Source of the DNA: an uncultured Chitinophagales bacterium
GTDB lineage: Bacteria > Bacteroidota > Bacteroidia > Chitinophagales > BACL12
Reading direction: 5' to 3'
Length of the DNA: 57,624 nucleotides
Assembly: GCA_964429745.1 (NCBI GenBank)
Contig: CAYSDI010000009.1
Location: 1-57,624 of the forward strand
The position numbers were made by a program, and so were the translations under genes. How positions within the stretch are numbered: the first letter of the stretch is position 1; each line of letters opens with the position of its first letter. Of this stretch, positions 1 through 7,776 are shown piece by piece. Below the pieces are notes generated by a model. It made no database searches. It had not been told where the DNA came from and saw nothing but the letters and a program-made list of their open reading frames with translations.

Positions 1-1085
1 CAGGGGGATCGTTGGTGCACAGTCCCTGGGCACCCGCTCTCTCCACGCCACTCAGCCAACAAGGAACCCTTTTCCGTAACCTGCGCTATGCTTCCGGACC
101 TACCGGTCACTATAATGGGCACACCGTGGCCATGACCGGCAACTATACGGATACGGGGTTAAACCTCAACCTAAACCCTGACTTTCCAACCGTTTTTGAA
201 TACTATCGCAAGCACAGCGATCCAATGCCTAGCGCCCGGAGTTGTTGGTGGCTGAGCACGGAGCTGGGCCCTTATCCCTCGCTAAATTTCAGCAGGCACC
301 CGGAGTACGGGGCCTTGTACGGAGCCAATTACCTAATGCCAGGTTATGGTTTGGGCGAAGCGGCGGTTCAGTATTTGGGCGGCTTGCAGACCCTTCATCC
401 AGAAGAGGCCAACCGGGTGAAAGGCATCAAAGCCCAATTGGATGGATTCTTCAACCAAGGCCCTGGGCAGGTTTCGGGCGTCAAAAATTCTGACCAAGAC
501 AACCGATCCATTCAGCAACTCTACCTGGATTTGCTCAGTGGCGCGGATACGCTCGATTTGCCCTTGCCAGACGGAGTGCCGTCGTACCTTCTTACCGGGG
601 ATGGCGCGAACATCGCTACCGGATGGAAAATTCTGGATCGTTTCCAACCGGAACTGGTGGTCATTAACACCACTAATTCAGACGTGTGCCACGACAATTT
701 CAGCGAATACCTGGTTGCCTTGCACAAGGCCGATTATGCGGTGGGCTGGCTTTGGGATAAGATTCAGCAGCATCCTGTGCTGGCCAATGATACGCTCTTA
801 ATCTGCATGCCCGAACACGGCCGCAACCTGGAGCCCAACGGCTTGGTGGACGCCAACGGCCTGCGCGCTTTTGACCATACTTCGGATGAAAATTCCCGCG
901 ATGTGTTTGCGCTCATCGCAGGACCGTCGTCAGTGGTTGCTCAAGGTAGGGTAGTGGGCACGCCTTCGTCGCCCGTGGGAGAATCGATTGATATCGTTCC
1001 AACCATCGCGCATGCCTTGGGCTTCCTGGACGCTGTTCCTTCCGGTATGCTGCCGGGAAGGGTTTTGGATGAAGCCTGGGCATAA
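1..1085 (+). CDS. Alkaline-phosphatase-superfamily metalloenzyme (sulfatase/DUF1501-like), 5' end outside window
   Basis: The frame is open from base 3 to the TAA at 1083-1085; the track ORF (12..1085) only starts at an internal TTG. The C-terminal half reads CMPEHGRNLEPNG...FDHTSDENSRDVFALIAGP...DIVPTIAHALG, which by eye fits the AP-superfamily core. No HMM run. Confidence 0.6.
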   Translation, partial: GGSLVHSPWAPALSTPLSQQGTLFRNLRYASGPTGHYNGHTVAMTGNYTDTGLNLNLNPDFPTVFEYYRKHSDPMPSARSCWWLSTELGPYPSLNFSRHPEYGALYGANYLMPGYGLGEAAVQYLGGLQTLHPEEANRVKGIKAQLDGFFNQGPGQVSGVKNSDQDNRSIQQLYLDLLSGADTLDLPLPDGVPSYLLTGDGANIATGWKILDRFQPELVVINTTNSDVCHDNFSEYLVALHKADYAVGWLWDKIQQHPVLANDTLLICMPEHGRNLEPNGLVDANGLRAFDHTSDENSRDVFALIAGPSSVVAQGRVVGTPSSPVGESIDIVPTIAHALGFLDAVPSGMLPGRVLDEAWA

Positions 1086-1150
1086 AGTAACCAGCCTAAC
1101 GACAGGCCTAAAACGACCAGCCCAACGAACGGAAGAAACCAGCCACGACC

Positions 1151-2206
1151 ATGAACAGCTTTCTGCCATTTTCCAAGCCTGTACTGACCAGGAAGAGCGA
1201 GTCCGGCCCCACGAAATGGGCGGGTAGTCTCTCATGGCGGCAAACCCTGATGATGATGGCCTTTGGATTGGGCTTGGCATTGACCGGCTGCGAACGCACG
1301 GTGATTCCCGTGTATCCTGAATTTCCGGAAAACCCATTCGACCAGATCGATTATGGCTTAGGTGTCCTGGAGGAATTGCCCCTGGACTCTTCCAGTCTCT
1401 TGGGATTGCATCACTACATTTTTGCGCCTACCTGTGCCCAGCCGGGCTGCCACGATGGCAACTTCGAACCCGACTTCAGAACCGTTCAAAGCGCCTACCA
1501 AACCCTGGTCTACCATCCGGTGATCAAAAACGACGAGGGCGAAAACTTCCAGTACCGCGTGGTTCCGGGAAACCGCGCCAAGAGTTGGTTGTGGGAACGC
1601 GTTACTACAAACGATGCCGTTTTAGGGCGAATGCCGCTGTACGACACGCTGACGCCAGGTGAACTGGAAGCCATTCGAACCTGGATTGACCAGGGGTCGC
1701 CCGATGCGATGGGCGTTAACGCAGTGCTTCCCAATGTGCAGCCTTCGGTTTACGGCTGGCTGGCCTTTGACCGGGGGGACAGCACCCGCTACGACCTGAA
1801 CCGCCTGGATGTGGTCAGCCCCATGCGCCTGCCTGCGGGCCGGGAAGTTGCCTTTTACTTTGGCATCTATGACTTCGATGACCAGGGGGAATTTGGCGCC
1901 GGTTTTGAAATGACGTTTAACAAAGCCCGGATTGGCGACCATCCCTATGCCATCGTAGAGGAACCCTACCGCGACATGCAGCTTTTGCCCGCCGCCGCTC
2001 CTGTAATGGGTTCGTTTTTCTTTGACCCAATAGGCTTGGGACCTTTTTACCATCGCCTGGTCATCAACACCGATGAATTTGTGCGCAATCGCGTCTATTT
2101 CGTCCGGTTGTACGTCCAGGACAGCCAACACGACCAGCCCACGGAGTGGCCGGAGAATGGCAGTCAGGCCTACCTGCTGTCGCTTATGTCTTTTATGGTG
2201 GAGTAA
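1151..2206 (+). CDS. Lipoprotein with planctomycete-type cytochrome-c-like (PSCyt-like) domain, function unknown
   Basis: 351-aa ORF. The lipobox LALTGC follows MMMAFGLG, so the true start may be the ATG run near 1250. The segment IFAPTCAQPGCHDGNF...RVVPGNRAKSWLWERV...MPLYDTLTPGELEAIRTWIDQG resembles the PSCyt1 pattern but has C-x4-CH spacing. Confidence 0.6.
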   Translation: MNSFLPFSKPVLTRKSESGPTKWAGSLSWRQTLMMMAFGLGLALTGCERTVIPVYPEFPENPFDQIDYGLGVLEELPLDSSSLLGLHHYIFAPTCAQPGCHDGNFEPDFRTVQSAYQTLVYHPVIKNDEGENFQYRVVPGNRAKSWLWERVTTNDAVLGRMPLYDTLTPGELEAIRTWIDQGSPDAMGVNAVLPNVQPSVYGWLAFDRGDSTRYDLNRLDVVSPMRLPAGREVAFYFGIYDFDDQGEFGAGFEMTFNKARIGDHPYAIVEEPYRDMQLLPAAAPVMGSFFFDPIGLGPFYHRLVINTDEFVRNRVYFVRLYVQDSQHDQPTEWPENGSQAYLLSLMSFMVE

Positions 2207-2237
2207 CCCAGGTTCTGCCCACAACTGAACTACCTCG

Positions 2238-2705
2238 ATGGCTGTACCTGTCCAATTCCTCGCTAAACTGCTCGGCGTCCTCTTGCCGGCAATGATTTTG
2301 GCCGCCTGTGGTGAAGGTGGTTCACCTCTCCTCCCCCCCGAACCCGTCATTGAACTTCGTTCGGTCACCCCTTCCACCATTGTCGCTTTGCGAGACTCAA
2401 TAGTGTTTCAATTGGCCTACACAGACGGCGACGGCGACCTTGGCTACCTTGAGGCGGATTCGGCCGTGGTGTACATCACTGACGAGCGTTTTCCGCTTAC
2501 CGAAGGATTCCACCTTCCGCCGCTGGCACCAGATGGGGCTGGAGTTGCCATAACTGGCGTCTTAACTGTCGTTCTTCCCCGCACCATTCTGCAGGATCCG
2601 GGCGCTGCTTCGGAGCAGGTGGTGTTTTCCATCCGGTTGCGCGATCGGGCGGGAAATTGGAGCAATACTGTGCAATCTGAGTCGTTGACTGTTTTGCCTG
2701 GCTGA
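2238..2705 (+). CDS. Small lipoprotein, function unknown
   Basis: 155-aa ORF lying 31 nt after the previous gene. It has a signal peptide plus the lipobox ILAACGEGG. No recognisable catalytic motif. Confidence 0.5.
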   Translation: MAVPVQFLAKLLGVLLPAMILAACGEGGSPLLPPEPVIELRSVTPSTIVALRDSIVFQLAYTDGDGDLGYLEADSAVVYITDERFPLTEGFHLPPLAPDGAGVAITGVLTVVLPRTILQDPGAASEQVVFSIRLRDRAGNWSNTVQSESLTVLPG

Positions 2706-2963
2706 CGTTGCAAATGATTGATATCCAGTCTGGAATGATTCATGTCACGTACCGAAATGACACGTCCATGACATTTGAGCGGAGCATCGGCGGGAACTTT
2801 GTCTGCGACTGAACCAGGGGGAAAAATCCGGCCTTTGCGCCGGTTAGTACCGCCTGAAAAAAACCAAACCTAAAGCTCCAACCGGAGAGTCGATCAAAGT
2901 GGTGTTTGATCGGTTTTCACCCAGGAATTTTCCCACGGTTGGGAGCACGTCAAGGAACCCTTT

Positions 2964-4295
2964 GTGGAGCAATACAAGCTGCTGACTGTTACGCACAAGC
3001 GCGTCCCGCTTACTCAGTTAAACGCATATTACGTTTCCCGACAGGGCGACGCTCAAAACCGCGATCGGCAGTTGCTCGACTTGCGGGAGCATTTCGGCCT
3101 TGAAGAATTGTTCTATTTGGAAACCTGCAACCGGGTCGTATACTTGTTTACGGCAGATCAAGGCCTGGATGTCGATTTCATAAGTTCCTTTTTCGCCCAC
3201 ATCAATCCGGAACTTTCCCCGGAAGGCGACCATGGCGTGCTGCAAGCTGTTCAAGCCTATGAAGGGCTCAATGCCATTGCTCACTTACACGAGATCGCCG
3301 CGTCCATGGACTCCCTGGTGGTTGGTGAACGCGAAATTCTGCGTCAATTTCGACAAGCTTATGAGCATTGCCAACAGCTCGGCCTAACAGGCGACGACCT
3401 GCGGATTGCCTTCAAATTTGTCATTCCGGCGGCTAAGCGCATCTACACAGAGACCCGTATTGCTGAAAATCCGGTTTCGGTGGTTTCGCTGGCCGCCCGT
3501 GCGCTGCGCAACGCCAATCTCGCGCCTGACGCCCGAATTCTGATCATTGGTGCCGGTCAGACCATGCAATTGATGGCCAAATTCCTGCGGCCGATGGGCT
3601 TTTCGAATTACACCGTTTTCAACCGCACGCTGGCTAATGCTGAGTCGCTGGCATCGTCCCTCGGGGCAAGGGCATACTCGCTTGAGCAATTGTCGCACCA
3701 CGTCGGTGGCTTTGATGCGCTGATTACCTGCACTGGATCACCGGGTGCTGTGGTAGACGTAGCATTGTACAGCAAGTTGCTCGGCAATGACCAGGGCACA
3801 GAAATGCGTGGAGAAATTGGCGCTGAAATAAGCGCATCCCGCGGAACCAAACTCATCGTAGATCTGGCGGTTCCCGCGGATGTTCATCCAACAGTTCTAG
3901 CACAGTTCCCGCTGCGTTACGTGGGCATTGAGTCACTGCGCAGCGTGGCCGAAGCTAATCTGGCCAGCCGGGTAGAGGAATTGGAAAAAGCCAAAGTGCT
4001 GATTGCCCGATTTGTCGAAGAGTTTCGCAGCGCCTGGCAAATGCGTCAGATTGAACGGATGTTCAGCAACATTCCATCGGAAGTGCACCGTCTCCGCCGC
4101 CGCGCGGTCGATGAGGTGTTTGCCCGCGACTTGCAAAACATGGACCCGGCAAGTCGTGAAACCCTGGACAAGATTTTGGATTACCTGGAGCGCAAATTTG
4201 TTGCGCTGCCGGTAACGGGAGCCCGGCAAGCACTGGAAGCCCAATTGAAGGACGGAAAGATCGCCCGTTCTCCGTTGCGCCGGGTGGCGCGCTAG
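2964..4295 (+). CDS. hemA: Glutamyl-tRNA reductase
   Basis: 443 aa with a GTG start. Contains the LETCNRVVY active-site Cys motif, the NAD(P)-binding stretch ILIIGAGQTMQL, and a typical HemA C-terminal dimerisation helix region. Confidence 0.9.
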   Translation: MEQYKLLTVTHKRVPLTQLNAYYVSRQGDAQNRDRQLLDLREHFGLEELFYLETCNRVVYLFTADQGLDVDFISSFFAHINPELSPEGDHGVLQAVQAYEGLNAIAHLHEIAASMDSLVVGEREILRQFRQAYEHCQQLGLTGDDLRIAFKFVIPAAKRIYTETRIAENPVSVVSLAARALRNANLAPDARILIIGAGQTMQLMAKFLRPMGFSNYTVFNRTLANAESLASSLGARAYSLEQLSHHVGGFDALITCTGSPGAVVDVALYSKLLGNDQGTEMRGEIGAEISASRGTKLIVDLAVPADVHPTVLAQFPLRYVGIESLRSVAEANLASRVEELEKAKVLIARFVEEFRSAWQMRQIERMFSNIPSEVHRLRRRAVDEVFARDLQNMDPASRETLDKILDYLERKFVALPVTGARQALEAQLKDGKIARSPLRRVAR

Positions 4296-4328
4296 TCGCT
4301 TTCAGCGGCGCGCTAGCCGCTTTCAGAA
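4287..4328. repeat. Tandem 21-nt duplication spanning the hemA stop codon
   Basis: GCGCGCTAGTCGCTTTCAG (4287-4305) is repeated as GCGCGCTAGCCGCTTTCAG (4308-4326), 18/19 identical with a 21-nt period. The first copy contains the hemA TAG (4293-4295). Confidence 0.8.
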
Positions 4329-4457
4329 ACCTGGGAAACCCCAGATGCAAGGCTTTCGCAAGTTTTAAGCCCCTGGTTTACTCCTTGAAATGAGACTTTT
4401 AAAACTTGCGCGCAACGAAGTAGCCGGGTTTTCTGGAAGTTCCCATAATTTCACGGT

Positions 4458-6017
4458 ATGACCAGGACTTTGGTAGTGGGTACACGAGGCAGCGAGTTGG
4501 CTTTGTGGCAAGCCCATTTTTTGCAGCGGCAATTGAGTGACCAAGGGGTGGCCAGCGAATTGCGTATTATTCGCACCCATGGCGATCACGTGCAAGACAG
4601 GTCCTTTGCCCAGATGAGCGGTACGGGGTTTTTCACGGCCGAATTGGAACACGCGCTTCAGCAGCGCGAGATCGATGTCGCCGTCCATTCGCACAAGGAT
4701 TTGCCGACGCAATCACCTCCGGACCTGGTCATTGGGGCAGTATCCTACCGGGCTGACCCTGCGGATTGGCTGCTGATTCATCCGCAGGCGATAGACCGCC
4801 GCGAGATGCTGGACCTGAAACCTGGGGCGCGCGTAGGAACTGCTTCGGTGCGCCGGCAGTCTCAGTTGTTGGCTATGCGGCCAGATATTGTCATAGAGCC
4901 CGTCCGCGGAAATGTGCCAACGCGCTTGCAAAAAGTGCTGGATGGGGAATTGGACGCCGTGGTTTTGGCCGGAGCAGGACTGGAGCGCCTGGGCTTGCCG
5001 CTGCATGGCCTGGAGGTGCACCGGCTCAACCCCAGCGATTATCCACCGGCGCCGGCGCAAGGGGTTTTGGCTTTCCAGGCGCGTAAAAACGACGCGGAGA
5101 CGCTGGCCGTTTTGGCCAAGATCAACGATTTTCGCTCGGCCTTTTTAATTCGGGCAGAACGCCAGGTGTTGGCAAACCTCCGGGGGGGCTGCCAATTGCC
5201 TTTGGGTGCGTATGTCGAGGAACTCGATGGCATTGCCTACTTCTCGCTGAGTCTGGGTAGTGCTGACGGCCGTTTCCCACGTCGCTTGCGCCTGGAACAT
5301 CCCGATCCGGATGTGTTGGTGGTTGAAGCCTGGCGGAAGCTCCACGCACCTGCTCCCGGCTCTATTTTCATCAGCCGCGACCTGGCTGCGGACAGCGTGT
5401 TGGCCAGAGCCTGCACTGATCACGCTATATCGGTGCATGCCGAATCGCTGCTGGACTTTGAAGTTGTCCCCGGTTCTTGGCCGACCCACGGCAACTGGCT
5501 CATGTTCAGCAGCCGGACAGCAGTAGCCATGTTTGCTTTGCAGGACCAGAGCCTCTTTGCTGACTGCCACTTTGGTGCTATAGGAGAAGGAACAGCGCGT
5601 GCGTTGCGGCGCCTGGGGGTAACTGTTTCAGTTACCCTTGATCCCCTTGACCTGGACCAATCCTGCCGGGATTTTGCCGTTAAGGTTGCTGGTCAAACGG
5701 TCGTTTTTCCCCAGGCTGAAAACAGCTTGCGGAGCATCCAGGAGCGGGTAGCCGATCAAGTTGATGTGTTAGACTGGGTGGTTTACCGAAATAGTCCCAA
5801 AAAGAGCTTTATCATTCCCGAAGTTCAACTGGCCATTCTGACCAGCCCAATGAATGCGCGGAATTACCTGGAGCACTATCCCGAGCGAAAAAGCAATCGC
5901 ATGGTGGCTATTGGCGAAAGCACTGCTAAAGCCCTGAGGCAAGCGGGAGCCTGGAATATTTTTGAAGCTCGCAGACCCAGCGATCTGGCTTTAGTGGAAG
6001 CGGTGTTTAGCGCATAA
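4458..6017 (+). CDS. hemC: Fused hydroxymethylbilane synthase / uroporphyrinogen-III synthase
   Basis: 519 aa. The N-terminal ~300 aa is HemC (VVGTRGSELALWQA, RGNVPTRL, cofactor Cys in LRGGCQLPLGAY). The C-terminal ~210 aa looks HemD/HEM4-like (LMFSSRTAVAMF, AIGEGTARALRRLG, AIGESTAKALRQAG). Confidence 0.9.
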   Translation: MTRTLVVGTRGSELALWQAHFLQRQLSDQGVASELRIIRTHGDHVQDRSFAQMSGTGFFTAELEHALQQREIDVAVHSHKDLPTQSPPDLVIGAVSYRADPADWLLIHPQAIDRREMLDLKPGARVGTASVRRQSQLLAMRPDIVIEPVRGNVPTRLQKVLDGELDAVVLAGAGLERLGLPLHGLEVHRLNPSDYPPAPAQGVLAFQARKNDAETLAVLAKINDFRSAFLIRAERQVLANLRGGCQLPLGAYVEELDGIAYFSLSLGSADGRFPRRLRLEHPDPDVLVVEAWRKLHAPAPGSIFISRDLAADSVLARACTDHAISVHAESLLDFEVVPGSWPTHGNWLMFSSRTAVAMFALQDQSLFADCHFGAIGEGTARALRRLGVTVSVTLDPLDLDQSCRDFAVKVAGQTVVFPQAENSLRSIQERVADQVDVLDWVVYRNSPKKSFIIPEVQLAILTSPMNARNYLEHYPERKSNRMVAIGESTAKALRQAGAWNIFEARRPSDLALVEAVFSA

Positions 6018-6053
6018 AAAGTTCAACGATGTTCATAAAATTGAACAAACGTT

Positions 6054-6084
6054 CAAAAATAACATTGAACATTTGTTCAATGTT
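6054..6084 (-). terminator. Hairpin plus T-run, probable intrinsic terminator of ald (may act bidirectionally)
   Basis: AACATTGAACA (6061-6071) and TGTTCAATGTT (6074-6084) form an 11-bp inverted repeat. On the minus strand it is followed by ATTTTTG, and it starts at the ald stop codon (6083-6085). Confidence 0.5.
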
Positions 6085-7312
6085 ACATACTTGCTGTCAA
6101 CAGTAGGTTCAGCTCGGTGTACTTAAGACCAAAGCTCTGCGACAGATGCGCATTGGTCAAAAAGCCGTTATACAGGTAAGCTCCGTTGCGAGCACCGGCT
6201 GAATAGCGAATCAGGTTTTCAAACCCTCCGTAATCGCTGGCCTTGAGCAGGGTAGTGGTCACGATGTTGGAGACTGCCTGGCTGGCCGTTTTGGATACAC
6301 GGGATGCGATGTTGGGCACACCGTAGTGAATAACATCGTATTTGCGGAACGTAGGCTGCTTGTGGTTGGTCACCTCGGAAGTTTCAAAACAGCCACCCTG
6401 GTCAATGGAAACGTCCACGATCACGGAACCGGGCTTCATGTTGGCCACCATTTCTTCGTTGACCACTACGGGCGTGCGCCCAAGCTCGGAATGAATGGCG
6501 CCAATGACGACATCAGCAGAGGTAAGTTCCTGCGCCAGAATCTGCATGTTCAGGGTTGAAGTGGGCAGGCGCGTACCGATGTTGTTCTGAAGCCGGAGCA
6601 ATTTATAAATGTTGTTATCAAATATTTTTACTAATGCACCCAGTCCCAGCGCTGCCCGGGTGGCAAACTCTCCGACCACCCCGGCTCCCAGCACGATGAC
6701 TTTGGTGGGGGGTATCCCGGAAATTCCACCCATGAGCATGCCTTTGCCGTGGGTGGAATCGCTGAGCAATTCAGAGGCGATGAGAATAGCTGAGCTGCCG
6801 GCGATTTCCGACATGGACCGCACAAACGGGAAAGTGCCGCTTTCATCTTTGATGTACTCAAACGCAAAGGCGGTGACCCGTTTCCGCATCAGGGTTTGGA
6901 CCAGTTCGGATTTTAACGTCGGCAGGTGAATAGGCGAAATCAGGGTCTGTCGGTCGTGCAGCAGCTCAGCTTCAGGCAGGCTAATCGGCGCTACTTTTAA
7001 GATGACATTCGCTTGAAAAACCTGCTCGGTATCGTACACTACACGAGCGCCCGCATTGGCGTATTCCCGATCTGAGAAGTGGGCTCGAGCCCCGGCCCCG
7101 GATTCAATAACCACGATGTGGTCGTTGTTAACCAGCGTTTTGACGGAGTCAGGATCCAGGGCCACCCGGTTCTCCTGAAAGGCGCGCTCCAGCGGAACCC
7201 CGATGTAGAGGTTGTTTCCCTTGTGCCCTGTAGCCAGCGGCTTTTCCAGTGTTTTCCAGCCGGACTGCGCTGCAAGTTCAGCGAAGCCGGGCAATTTGCT
7301 TTCTTCAGCCAT
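6083..7312 (-). CDS. ald: Alanine dehydrogenase / PntA-like NAD(H)-binding dehydrogenase
   Basis: 409 aa. Contains the AlaDH/PNT N-domain (IGVPLERAFQENRVALDP) and the Rossmann motif VIVLGAGVVGEFA. The exact substrate cannot be determined from sequence alone. Confidence 0.75.
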   Translation of the reverse strand: MAEESKLPGFAELAAQSGWKTLEKPLATGHKGNNLYIGVPLERAFQENRVALDPDSVKTLVNNDHIVVIESGAGARAHFSDREYANAGARVVYDTEQVFQANVILKVAPISLPEAELLHDRQTLISPIHLPTLKSELVQTLMRKRVTAFAFEYIKDESGTFPFVRSMSEIAGSSAILIASELLSDSTHGKGMLMGGISGIPPTKVIVLGAGVVGEFATRAALGLGALVKIFDNNIYKLLRLQNNIGTRLPTSTLNMQILAQELTSADVVIGAIHSELGRTPVVVNEEMVANMKPGSVIVDVSIDQGGCFETSEVTNHKQPTFRKYDVIHYGVPNIASRVSKTASQAVSNIVTTTLLKASDYGGFENLIRYSAGARNGAYLYNGFLTNAHLSQSFGLKYTELNLLLTASM

Positions 7313-7775
7313 GGGGATCCTTCGTTAAGGAAGAAACGGAAAGGGTCAAATCAGGATTCAACTGTTCAATAAGGCGTTCACCGTGAGTCAGCACAGTCAG
7401 GTTCAGGCGCACGGTTTCGCGATCCAGCCAAGGTTCCGCCAGTTCCGGCCACTCCAGAAAACAATATTCCGGGCCGTCCAGATAGCGTTCAAGACCAAGG
7501 TCGAATAGCTCTTGGGGTTGTTTAATCCGGTACAAATCCAAGTGAAAAACCAATGGGTCAGGACCGTATTCATTGGCCAGGGCAAAGCTGGGGCTGCTCA
7601 ATTCAGCCTCTGCCAGACCTAAATGACGGCAAAAAGCACGAACCAGCGCCGTTTTACCCGCGCCAAGCGTACCGTAAAGTGCAAATTTCCGGCTAATAGC
7701 GCAACTGCTCAGGATGTCCTGGGCAACAGCATCCAAGTCGCCTGGAACTTTTGCCCGCCAGGAGGGTAGGGTCAT
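7305..7775 (-). CDS. tsaE: tRNA t6A37 biosynthesis ATPase TsaE
   Basis: Contains the P-loop LYGTLGAGKTALVRAF and the motifs SPSFALANEY...HLDLYR. I start it at the internal ATG 7775 (M20 of the track ORF), 1 nt after the porX stop. Its end overlaps the ald start by 8 nt. Confidence 0.85.
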   Translation of the reverse strand: MTLPSWRAKVPGDLDAVAQDILSSCAISRKFALYGTLGAGKTALVRAFCRHLGLAEAELSSPSFALANEYGPDPLVFHLDLYRIKQPQELFDLGLERYLDGPEYCFLEWPELAEPWLDRETVRLNLTVLTHGERLIEQLNPDLTLSVSSLTKDPHG

Positions 7776-7776
7776 G

